DNA of 60,796 nucleotides. Source: Chiloscyllium plagiosum. Lineage: Eukaryota. Shown here piece after piece: positions 47,201 through 59,200 of the stretch. Numbering within the stretch: the first letter of the stretch is position 1; each line of letters opens with the position of its first letter. Location of the stretch: NCBI RefSeq assembly GCF_004010195.1, contig NC_057750.1:5730644-5791439 (forward strand). The letters run 5' to 3'. The notes under the pieces were generated by a model. It ran no database searches. It saw only the letters and a list, made by a program, of their open reading frames with translations, and was not told where the DNA came from. A program made the position numbers and the translations under genes.

Positions 47201-50200
47201 GGTACTTTTTTTGGGAAAAATCATGCCTTTTCATCAACTGAGATAGTAGAAATGTCACTTAACTAGTAAATCAATGGTCATAATGTGCTGGGAGAGCAAG
47301 ACTCAAATCCTACCACCATTACTCACAGAATCTAAATGTAATTAACAAATCTGCAATATCATCGATCGGTTTTATGGTAATCTAGTTCACTAATATCCTT
47401 TTACATAGACTACCACGCAGTACAGCACAGGTCATCCTCATCTGTATGGGACTGCCAATGATGATGATGATGACGACAACACTGGTATAGGCCCTTCAGC
47501 CTACCACGTCTGTGCTGACCATGATGCCAATCTAATCTAATGCCACCTCTCTATACATGGCCCATATCCATTCTCTGCCTGTTCATGTGTCTGTCTAAAC
47601 GCCTCTTAAACATTGTTATCATATCTGCTTCTACCACCTCCCATGATAGCACGTTCCAGACACCCACCACCCTTTGTGTAAAAAAAAATTTCCTTTCACA
47701 TCTTTAAGCTTCTCCCCTCTCACCCTATACATGTGTCCCCTTATATTTGACTTTTCAACCCCAGGACGATGACTACCAATGCTTCTCATAGTTTTATAAA
47801 TTTTTAACAAGTCAGCCTCTATTGCTCTAGCAAAAACAATCCAAGTTTTTCAAACTCTCCTTGTAGCTAATACACTCCAATCCAGGCAACATCCTGATGA
47901 ACCTCTTTTGCACCTTCTCCAAAGCCTCCATGTCCTTCCTATATCCTGGGGACCAGAACTGCACACAATATTCCAAATGTGGCCTAACTGAAGTCTTATA
48001 CATCTGTGACACTACTTGCCAGATTTTATACTCAACATCCCAATCCATGAAGGTAAACATGTTGAATGTTTTCTTTACCACGTATTCACTTGAGTTGCCA
48101 CTTTCAGGGAGCTATGGACTTGGATTCCAAGATCCCGGTGTATACCAATGCTCCTAAGGGTTCTACCATTAACTGTACACTTTCCTCTTGCATTTGAGCT
48201 CCCGAAATGCATCACTTCACACATGTCCAGATTAAACTCTACCAGCCACTTCTCCATCCAACTTTATAACTGATCTACAGAGGAATCTCGATTATCCAAA
48301 GGACACACGTGGAGAGTATTTTGTTTGGGTATTTGAATGCCAGATAATTGAATGCCGGATAACAGAGTCAGCCAAGCATCGGGACCTTGCGATCTTGTTT
48401 GGATAATCCAAAATTCGGTTAATTGAATGCTGGATAATCGAGGTCCCTCTGTGTATCCTGCTGTATTCTTTGATAACCGTCTCCACTATCCACAACCTGC
48501 TTCATCAAGCCACTTACATTTTCATCTGGGTTATTTATATTTTACAGGCAGACGTTCTAGCACTGACCCTTGCAGACCACCACTGGTCACATCCCTCCAG
48601 TCAGAAAAATACCTCTTCCCAACTACCTGCTGTCTCCTATGACCAAGCCAATTTTGTATCCAATTTGCCAACTTATTATGGAGCCTATGCAACTTAAATC
48701 ATCGAGACCAGCCTAACAGGAGGGAACCTTGTCAAATGCTTTAGTAAAAGTCATGAAGACAACATACACTCCCTACCTTCATCATTCATCTTCATCATTT
48801 TCTCAAGAAGTTCAATCCAGTTTGAGAGGTAAGACCTCCCCACATGAGGCCATACTGACTATCTGTAATATATCCATTGAGTAAATCCTGTCCCTAAGAA
48901 TCTTTCCCTATTACTGATGCAAGACTCACGAGCTTAACATTTCCTGGGTTATCCCTGTGGCCTTCTTTAACAAAAGAATAACATTGGCTATTTTCCAGTC
49001 TTCTGGGGCCTCACCTGTAGCTAAAGACGATACAAAGACCTCTGTCAAGGCCGCAGCGATCTCCTCCTTTACCACCTTCAGTATCTGGGGATAGATCCCA
49101 TCAGGGCCTGAGGACTTATCTAGTTTAATATTTTTCAAGACATTCGATACCACCACCTTTTTAATATCAACGTGCGCCTGAATATCAACATAGCCCTCCC
49201 TAATCTTACCACTATCCAAGTCCTTTTCCACGGTGAATACCAATGTGAAACTCTCAGCATGGACTTCACCCACTTCTCTGGCTCCACACGAATTCTCTGT
49301 TATATCCTTGTGTGGACCTATCATTTCCCCTGTTATCTTCTTGCTCTTGAGGTGTATAAAATGCCTCGGGATTTTCCTTAATCCTATTTACCAAGAACAT
49401 TTTGTGGCCCCTTCTCACCCTCCTAATATCTTGTGTAAGTTCTTTTCTGCTTTGTTTATATTTCTGAAGAACCCAGTTTGATTTCAGTTTCCTAACCCTT
49501 ACATATACTTCCTTTTCCTTTTCAACCAAACTTTCAATATCCCTTGTCATCCAAGGTTCCCAAATCTTACCATCCTTATCTTTCATTTTCACAGGAACAT
49601 GCTGGACCTGAACTCTGATCAACTGACCTTAAAAAAAACTCACAGGATTTAATCTCAAACAGCTGCCCCAATCTAATTTCTCCAGTTTCTGCCTAATACT
49701 GTTGTAATCAGTCTCCTCCTAATTTAGCACTTTCACCAGAGTCTTGTCTTTATCAGTCGAGAATTATGATCACTATTCCCAAAATGCTGCCCCAACTGAA
49801 GCATCAATCACCTGGCCAGGCTCATTCCACAATACCAGATCCAACAAAGAAAAGAACAAAGAACAAAGAAAATTTACAGCCCAGGAACAGGCCCTTCAGT
49901 CCTCCAACCCTGAGCCGATCCAAATCTACTGTCTAAACGTGTCACCCAATTCCTAAGCATCTGTATCCCTGTGCTCCCCACCTACTCATGGCATGGCCCC
50001 TTTCCTAGTTAGACTATGTCTTGTTTCAAGAAACCCTCCTGGATGCACCCATCAAATTCTGCCCTATCCAAGCCCCTGGCACCAAGGGAGTCCCAGTCAA
50101 TACTGAGTAAGTAAAAATCACCCACGTTGATTTTTTATATCTTTCCCTCATCAAGTGGCTCTCTAAATGTTTTATTAAAATTATTCTGTGAACTTTGCTA

Positions 50201-53200
50201 CATATGAGCGACAGTACACACTTTTCACTATTTTGTATTGAATGCATGTGACAATAAAGGATATTCACTCATTACATATCTGTTCATCTATTTCCCCACT
50301 GTCTATTGGAAGGCCTATAGGGAACAAAATCTGCTCTCTCGCCTAAATGAGACTACAGATTCTCAATTACCCTCAAACTTCTGCTCCCTGTCAGGACAGG
50401 ACAACAAACTACTCCCCTGCTCAGTTGAACCTGATCTAACAGCGGAAGTCTGCACCCCCTGCCCACTTAATTCTTGCACGCCCTCAAATTTTCACTCCAG
50501 TATCTCACTGGAGAAAAGTTTGGGAAGCACCACTTCAGGGCCAAGCAGGTAAAATTAAGATTCAACAGCTTGTTTCTTACTCAGAGAGCAGTGTTATTCT
50601 GCCCACACCAATGAATCTCTGTGCAGAGGTACGCTACAACACGGGGGGGGGGGGAGCGGGGGTGAAAATTATATACCTTGCTCATTTCTAGAGTACAGCA
50701 TCTTTGGAAATCTTTGGAAACCATCACTGTACTGAATAATTTTTCCAGTTAGGTCCTGTCACTTCCCCTGCATAAGCTTATAATTCCCATGGTGGAACTC
50801 TTGTAATGCAGTGGTAATGTCCCTGCCTCTGAACCAGGCGGCTTGGGCTGATATCCCACCTGTTCCAGAGGTATGTCATAACATCTCTGAACAGATCGAT
50901 TAGAAAATATCTAGGATTGATCGAGCAAAAGAGGCAAGTCATTCTAAACCTTCTGACCCACGCTCATGTTGGTAAGAAGTTTACTGCAATAAACAGGGCT
51001 AGTGGGACAGAGACAGGGGCAGGACTCAGACTGTGTCAGGGTTTAGGTCCACAAAAAGCCTAAACCTCAAGCTTGGGTGCCCTGCTCTTTCAAGCCAAAG
51101 CCCTGTATATCACTCAGACCTATCAGACTGTCCCTCAGACATACAGAGCCACGCTCATTTGCGACACTGGACTCCCAGACTACCTCTCAATGATCCAGGG
51201 GGCTATTAAAATTCAGGTTTAATGTCAGTTCCCTGCTTTCTGATTGATTTCTGCTTCTGCATGACCTGTCTCCAACAATAGCAACGTGCTCTCTACTGCA
51301 CAAGCCCCTGGCTGCTCTCAGAATTAAACTAAATACCAGATGGTGAAAACACGAAAACTCCCCTCTTTTGGACGTTCCAACCTTTCACCCTAGAAGCACA
51401 AGCAGCGTCTTTGGGAACGGTAAAGGAATGATTTTGAAAATTACCGACCGGGAAGAGCTGGTATGACCTGTGCCAGAGCTTTGCAGCGAGTTGGACGTCC
51501 GGTGCCTGCTCAACGGGGTCTTGGCTGTGGCCACTCCCGCCTGTGCAGCTGATCCACCCTCGTCTTCACTGCCCCCGAAACTCGTAATGTAAGTGATCTT
51601 CTCCTCGTGGGCCGGAGAGTTCGAACGTGACCGCGATCTCGTCCCGGAGCTGGATTCAGACTGCGATCTGAAAGATCCACAAACAGTCCTGCATGTTACA
51701 TTTGAGATTCGGGCAGCAAAGTGACTGAAGAACCACCCATCAAACAAAACACAATAATGGTTAAAAAGGCAGAGTAAAGCTTCCTCCCTGAGTCGTCAAT
51801 AACTCCCAGCACAGCCCTGTTTACTGAGTAAAGTGCCTTTTGGCCTGTCCAAATTCTAACATTAGCATCCCTGACCACACGCTTTGTGAGAGTTTCCTCC
51901 AGATTTATGGGCAGTTTTATGCTATGCAAGCATGACCACAAGGAAGTATAACTTATCAGACTGAAAAGACTAACTGAAGCAAGATTTAAAAAAATAATAA
52001 AACAGATATGGTGTAGTGTAACATCATGAGACTAGTAACCCAAAGGCTCAAACACTCTGGGGAGGTGGGTTAAAACTCTGTGGACTTTAAACTGAATTAG
52101 TGAACAAAACAATCTGGAATTGAAAGCTAGCCTTACTGACAGTGACCTTCGATGGTGGTGAAAACCTGTCTTGTTCATTAATGTCCTCCTTGGGAAGGAA
52201 GTTTGCCGACATTATCTGTGATTACATACGATTCCAGACTGGCAAAGTGGATGACTCTTATCCACCTTCTGAAATTGTCAAGTAAGCCACTCAGTTCAAA
52301 GGCAGTTCGGGATTGTCAATATATGCAGGCCTTGCCAGTGTGCTAATGTACCACAATAAAGTAAAGAAAGTTGCCTTCACACAAGTACAATTCAGAATAA
52401 AGTAAACCGGAACCAGCAAGACAATAAGAGCATATCCATACAGGCTGCTGTATTACTGCTTAGTGTCATACTTGCAACACGCGCAATGTTTTGTCACCAA
52501 CAGTTTACAAGATAAATCATGCTGTGCGCATTCCTGTACAAACTGGAAGTATTGTAACTGAATCATTTGAGCCATTAAGATTGTACAACAAACTTTTGGA
52601 AGGTTTTGGAAGGTAAACCACTGAAAGGCTTAGCTTGTTCGATATGATAACTTGCTATCGCCTGTTCCTCGGGTTCAAAAGGGTGAGGTCAACTTGGAGA
52701 GATGGGAGGCAGCCACCAAGAATACTACAGTCTATTTGATGGGGCCAGCTGGAACAAATGGGCACAATCTGAAAAGATTGGTACAATCAATGACTCTTAA
52801 AATAAAAGGTAGCTCGTTCAGAAAAATCAAGAGATATTTTTTCCCTTGAGAAAAGGGGAGTGGGAATCTGGAACACTCTTCCTCAAAAGGTCTGCAGGTC
52901 AATCTAGATTTCGAGATAGATAGGTGGTTGTTCAAAAAGGTGACACAGGGACAAATGAAGCAAAGGATGGTGTATGAATCTAAGAGAATAATGGAACAGG
53001 CTCAAGGGTCTGGATGGTTTGCTCCTGTTCTTACCCCTCACAGATTGGGACGTACCAATTTCATTTGTTAGTAGCATTGGTTTTGTGTTACAGTTCAGAG
53101 TCTGAGTTGCTGTGACAACATGCACTTTTTAAATGTGCCTGTAGTCTGTAGTTTGGCCAGTGGTGGCTTCTCAAAGTGACAGCTGTGATCCCTAGTGGAA

Positions 53201-56200
53201 TTGCAAATGGAAATCTGAGAGTTGGGAGCTTTCGGGCAACAATGGCTGCCATGGAGCACTGATGGACCTGCAAGGTCACCTTAAATCCTCACAGATTAAC
53301 ATTAGCACTAATTAAAAGGCGGCTAGAACATAACAGCTTCTAAGACTGGATATGGTTCTTGTCAGCATTTGGAATATTGAGAGAAGTTTTGGGCCCAGTA
53401 TCTAAGGAATGATGTGCTAGAGTTAGAAGGGGTCCAGAGGAGGTTTACAAGAATGATCCTGGGGATAAAGGGCTTGTCATAGGAGGACTGGTTGAGGATC
53501 TGGGTCTGTACTCGATGGGAGTTCAGAAGAATGAGGGAGGATCTGACTGAAATGTACAGAATGCTGAGAGGCCTGGATACAGTGGACATGCAGACGTTTC
53601 CAAGAGTAGGAGAGACTAGGACGCGAGGACACAGAAGGGAGATGAGGAGAAATTTCTTCAGCCACAGGGTGCTGAATCTGTGGAACTCATTACTGCAGAA
53701 GGCTGTGGAGGACAAATCATTGACTATCTTTAAGATCATCAGAAATAGGCCCTTGACTGGTAAAGGAATCAAAGGTTGTGGGTAGGAGGGAGGAGAATGG
53801 GGTTGAGAAACATATCAGCCATGATCGAAGGGTGGAACAGATGCAATGTGCTGAATGCCCTAATTCTGTTCTAATATTTTATGGTTTTAATTTTTTTTAT
53901 TGGTGGCTTAAATAGCCAATATTTGAAACCTTCCTATCAAAATGGTCCAGTGAAAAGGGAGTTGCTTTTTAATTAAATAGCTGATTGTTTAAATGGGCCG
54001 GCCCCTTTCTCGGCTCTGCCTCGCCCTCGCCTGCACCCCACCACCTCTCAGCCCTGCCTCGAAACCTTTCCTAATCATGTACCTGTCCAATGTCTTTTAA
54101 ATGTTGTAATTCTAACAGCATCTGCTACTTTCTCGGGCAGCTCATTCCATATCTGCACACCCTCTGTGAGAATGAGTTGCCCCTTAGGTCCCTTTTAAAT
54201 CTTTCCCCTCTGACGTTAAACCGATGCCCTTATTTTGGACTCCCCAACACTGGGACAAAATACCTCGGCTAATTATTCCATCCATGCCCCTCAAGCTTTT
54301 ATAAATCTCTAAGGTCACCCCTCAGTCTCTGAAGCTCCAGGGAAAATAGCTCTGGCCTCTCCATATTACTCAAACCCTCCAGTCCAGACAACACCCTTGT
54401 AAATATTTTCTGTGCTATTTCTAGTTTAACAACATCCTTCCTATCGCGAAGCGACCAGACTGTATGCATATTCCAAAAGTGGCCTCACCAATATCTTGTA
54501 CTGCTGCAACACGAACCCTGCTCTCCACCCACCCTATACTCTCTGTTCTGTGTGCTCCCAACCCAATCTCTTGGCTCAGGGTCCAGAGCTCGGACATCTT
54601 CCAACCTTCAGAATGTGGTCACAGGGGAAAACATGTTTGGGGAGCACTGTGGTAGAGGCATTAATGCTTTTTTCACCACATGAATCTCCAGGAATCTCAA
54701 CCGCTCTTACCGCCGACCTTCAGTGTGTGTTGGAAGGGTGTGGAGATTGATACTCAACCTGTTCAGGCGAGTTACAAACTCATCTTTGTTGGTTATCAGG
54801 TCCCAGGAGCTTCTGATTCAGAAGGAAAGAGTACGACCCACTGTGCCACAAGACCCCCATATCTAATAGCACTCACTCATTTAAGAGTTTGCTTTGACAA
54901 TTCTGCTTCCCAAACCAGTTAATAGCCCAGATACCAACATTCCACTCCTCCTCTGCCACCCCACCCTAAAACAATATGGCAACAGTGTGGGACTACCATG
55001 CTGGAGCACGTCTGCTCTGTCCACTTTTTTTTAATCATTTATTTTATACCAAATACTTAAATAGCTTAGGGTGTAAGTTTGCTCGTTGAGCCATAGGTTT
55101 GATATCCAGACATTTCATTACCTGGCTAGGTAACATCATCAGTGACAACCTCCAAGTGAAGCGAAGCTGTTGTCTTCAGCTTTCTATTTATATCTTTCTC
55201 CTGGATGGGGTCCCTGGGGTTTGTGGTGATGTCATTTCCTGTTCGTTTTTTGAGGGGTTGATAGATGGCAGCAAGATCTGTGTGTTTGTTTATGGTGTTG
55301 TGGTTGGAGTGCCAGGCCTCTAGAAATTCTCTGGCACGTACTATCCCAGGATAGATGTGTTGTCCCAGTCGAAATGGTGGTTTTTTTCATCCGTATGTAG
55401 GGATACGAGGGAGAGAGGGTCGTGTCTTTTTGTGTCTTACAGTGCGCAGATTCCTCAAGAACAAACCACGACAAGCAAACCAAACACAGCCAGAAACCCT
55501 AACCACCTTACCATACATCAAAGAAGTTTCAGAAATGACAGCCAGACTACTAAGACCCCTTGGAATCCTAGTAGCACACAAACCCACCAACACTCAAACA
55601 AAAACTAACAAACTTAAAAGACCCAGTACAACCCATGGACAAAACCAACGTCATCTACAAAATTCCATGCAAGGACTGCGACAAACACTACGTAGGACAA
55701 ACAGGAAGAAAGTTAGCCACCAGGATACATGATTACCAGCTCGCCACAAAAAGACACGACACTCTCTCCCTCGTATCCCTACACACGGATGAAAAAAACT
55801 ACCATTTCGACTGGGACAACACATCTATCCTGGGACAGGCTAACAAAGACATGCCAGAGAATTCCTAGAGGCCTGGCACTCCAACCACAATGTCATAAAC
55901 AAACACATAGATCTAGATACCATCTATCAACCCCTCAAAAAAAATGAACAGGAAATGACATCACCACAAACCCCAGGAACCCCATCCAGGAGAAAGATAT
56001 AAATAGAAAGCAGGAGACAACAGATTCGCTTCACTTGGAGGTCGCCACTGATGATGTTACCTAGCCAGGTAATGAAATGTCTGGATATCAAACCTACAGC
56101 TCAGCGAGCAAACCTTCACAAACCTTGCACTTAAATAGCTGTACCGAGGTATCTTGTACCTAAGGTGATGCCATAAGTGGCAACACTGCAAACGTTTCAA

Positions 56201-59200
56201 CTCACTCATTCAATTCAAAACACTACTCACCTCAGTGACAGCAGGAAGGGTACTCAAACTGGCTTTCACTCATAATTAACAGCAGGAATAATAAATCCCA
56301 TCACCCAGTCCGGAACACCAGCTAGTAAATGTCTGCTAGAATCTATCAGATGGAGGACAGGATAGAAGTACAGCCCTGAATCCTCCGTTCACTGTCTGCT
56401 AAAACATTTGTCCAGTCTCACAGTTGACACGCCAGAAGCGCCGGAGCTTGTGGAACTGGACAAGCAGGAGGGAAGTAAATAGATGCAAAAAAATAGGAAG
56501 GAGAGGATTTCAAAAATATTTTTTTCCCTGAAACTACAAGGTCTCTTTCCCCAAAAACATTTCTGCAAATTATTTACAAATCAAATTGTATTATTTCCTC
56601 AGGAGTTGATTGATCTACTAGTTAGCATTCTCTTCTCTGTACTTCAGTTGGATTAGTTATAAATTTACCTTTTGTACGGATCATATGTTGGGCTGTCTCT
56701 CCTCGCATAACTGAAAAGGAAAGTAAACAACGTCAAACACCATCTCTTACTTGCATCTGCTCACGCTGCCTTGTCCCTTAAGTGATGCTCACTGCCAGTG
56801 AGATGGGTTTGCCTGACATAGCAACAATACATTTCATTGAATGACGAGACAGTTTCAATCCTTTACTCCTCCAGAGCCTTAATCACTCCCCTCTACTGTG
56901 GGCCAATGGCTGCTACCCTTTGACTATGGAGTATCCCTAAGCTTTTGCTGCTCAGTCAACAAACCTCATGCCTCTGAATGCAGCTTGTGGGTTCGTGTCC
57001 CACACACCAGAGACTTGAGCACAAAACCCAGGCCGACACTCCCAGTACTGAGGGAACATGGTACAGCAGGGAGGTGTCATCAGTCAGTGGAGATGTCAAA
57101 CCCAATGTCTCATCTGTTCTCTCAGGTGGATGCAGAAGATTCTGTTGTAATTCTTTAGAACAACAACTGAGCTTTCCCCTGGATAATTGTTACCTCTCAC
57201 TTATTTCTCAGATTGCTATCACCAAGCTGGTTGTGGAAACTTACTGTGCAAAAAAAAAGAATTTTTTTTATATGACAATGGTGACATAATTTGAAAAGCA
57301 CTCCATCAGCTGCAAAGTGCATTGGGATAGCTGTGGTTGTGAAAGATTTAGTGCAGAGCTCATCCACACAGCAGCACAGCCTCCAATTTGAATTTTGGGA
57401 CATGCTGATCTCAGCTGGGATGGCAAACTGCCCTCAGTCACCCTCGGTGGAGCACAGACATACTGATGTTAGGCAAGTACAGTTGTCTTTAGTTGTGATG
57501 CTCTCTGCAGTTGAATACTCTGGACACTTATTATCCCATACACACACGAAGGATGGACACATGGGTGAGGTATCAGAAAATGACTAAGTGGAACTGAGCA
57601 CTAACCATCAGTATGCTTTGGATAGAATTGACGGGGCAAATCTAAAGGCCATTTTTAAAAACCATGGCACGTATCTTCGCCCATGTCAGTGTGACACTGA
57701 CAGATAGGCCACGTAGAGTAAAAATGGTAGAACATAAAAGGGTGGGATAGAAGGGAGGCGGCTTTTCAGTGATTGGAGACATTGGGGAGAATGGTCTGTA
57801 CCTGGGTGGGCTGATTTTCCTCCCCTTCAAACGCTTTTCTCTGAATTCTCTCCTTTGCCGTCGTGACCTTCGCCCCTACAAATGGAAAACATGGCAAAAT
57901 AATTGCATGGCTTGCCTGTGCCAAACACTGGCACCATCAGTAATGTGCGTGCTCCCACCATTGGCACGTGGATTTAGATTTAGATTTCTTACAGTGTGGA
58001 AACAGACCCTTCGGCCCAACAAGAGAACAATGAAAATCCTTACTGAGTACATCGCCTTCTCCTCCTCCAAGGCCTTGGCGTGTTTAATTGCTTCCACCTC
58101 CTCTTTGTCCTTTCGTAACATCCTTCAGAGAGAAATAAGAATCCTACTGTAAACATTGGACGACACGCACCTTCCACTACACTGTGCCAGGTGGTGAAGA
58201 GACAGATGTGGCGTTCCCCCCCCCCCCCACCACAAAAGCCTCCACTGTGTATTACTGTCTGACTTTGCGGAAGGAGATAAGAAATGGAGGAACACTTCTT
58301 GTACAATGAGATATTCTCTCCACTCCCCCCCTCCAGCCGATCATCCTTCAATTAACATTTGTCCCCAAAAACAAGTCTACACTAGGAAGTGGCTGTATAA
58401 ATGCAGTTCCTTAACACAAGCCCAAAGTACAAAACCCTATCCCTACTAATTTAGCACTCATTAGCTTGAGTCAGGAATTTTTCTGCTGAAGGGGTCTTCC
58501 ATTTAAGACAGTGATGAAGACCGATTTCTGCTCTCTGGGGTTGGATTCTATCCCCACATTGAATATACTCAAGGATGAGTCAGACAGATTTTTATTCAAC
58601 AACGGAATGGAGGGCTGTGGGTGACAGATGGGAAAAATTAATTTGAAGCCACAAGAGACCAGAAGGTAAGTTAGCTGGATGGCTGGTTTGAGATGTAGAG
58701 GCTGGTTCAATTCCCTGCACTGGCTGAGATCACCTGAGGGGCAGTGAACCTCAAGTTAGAATCATGATAAGTCATCTCTTCAGATTAGATTAGATTCCCT
58801 ACAGTGTGGAAACAGGCCCTTCGGCCCAACTAGTCCACACCGACCCTCCGAAGAGTAACCCACCCAGACCCAATTCCCTCTGACTAAATTAGCTAACACT
58901 GTGGGGCAATTTAGCATGGCCAATTCACCTGATCTGCACATCTTTGGAGGAAACCGGAGCACCCGAAGGAAACCCACACAGACACAGGGAGAATGTACAA
59001 ACTCCACACAGACAGTCACCTGAGGCTGGAATCGAACCTGGTGCTGTGAGGCAGCAGTGCAAACCACTGAGCCACTGCGCCGCCCCTTTCTAACGAGGGG
59101 GCAGCCAATGGTCCTCTGGGCCGGTGACGACTTTCACTTGCACTTTTCAGCCCAGTCTTATAGTCTTAACGAGTGGCAATTTAGCCCGAGGGGCCAAATG

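Larger units (their letters stand above)
55070..56112 (+). mobile_element. Penelope-like element 3' fragment (GIY-YIG endonuclease) preceded by an inverted copy of its own 3' end
   Basis: TLPYIKEVSEMTARLLRPLGI and NVIYKIPCKDCDKHYVGQTGRKLATRIHDY..H (GIY-YIG); 55077-55435 is the reverse complement of ~55745-56112. Confidence 0.92.
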
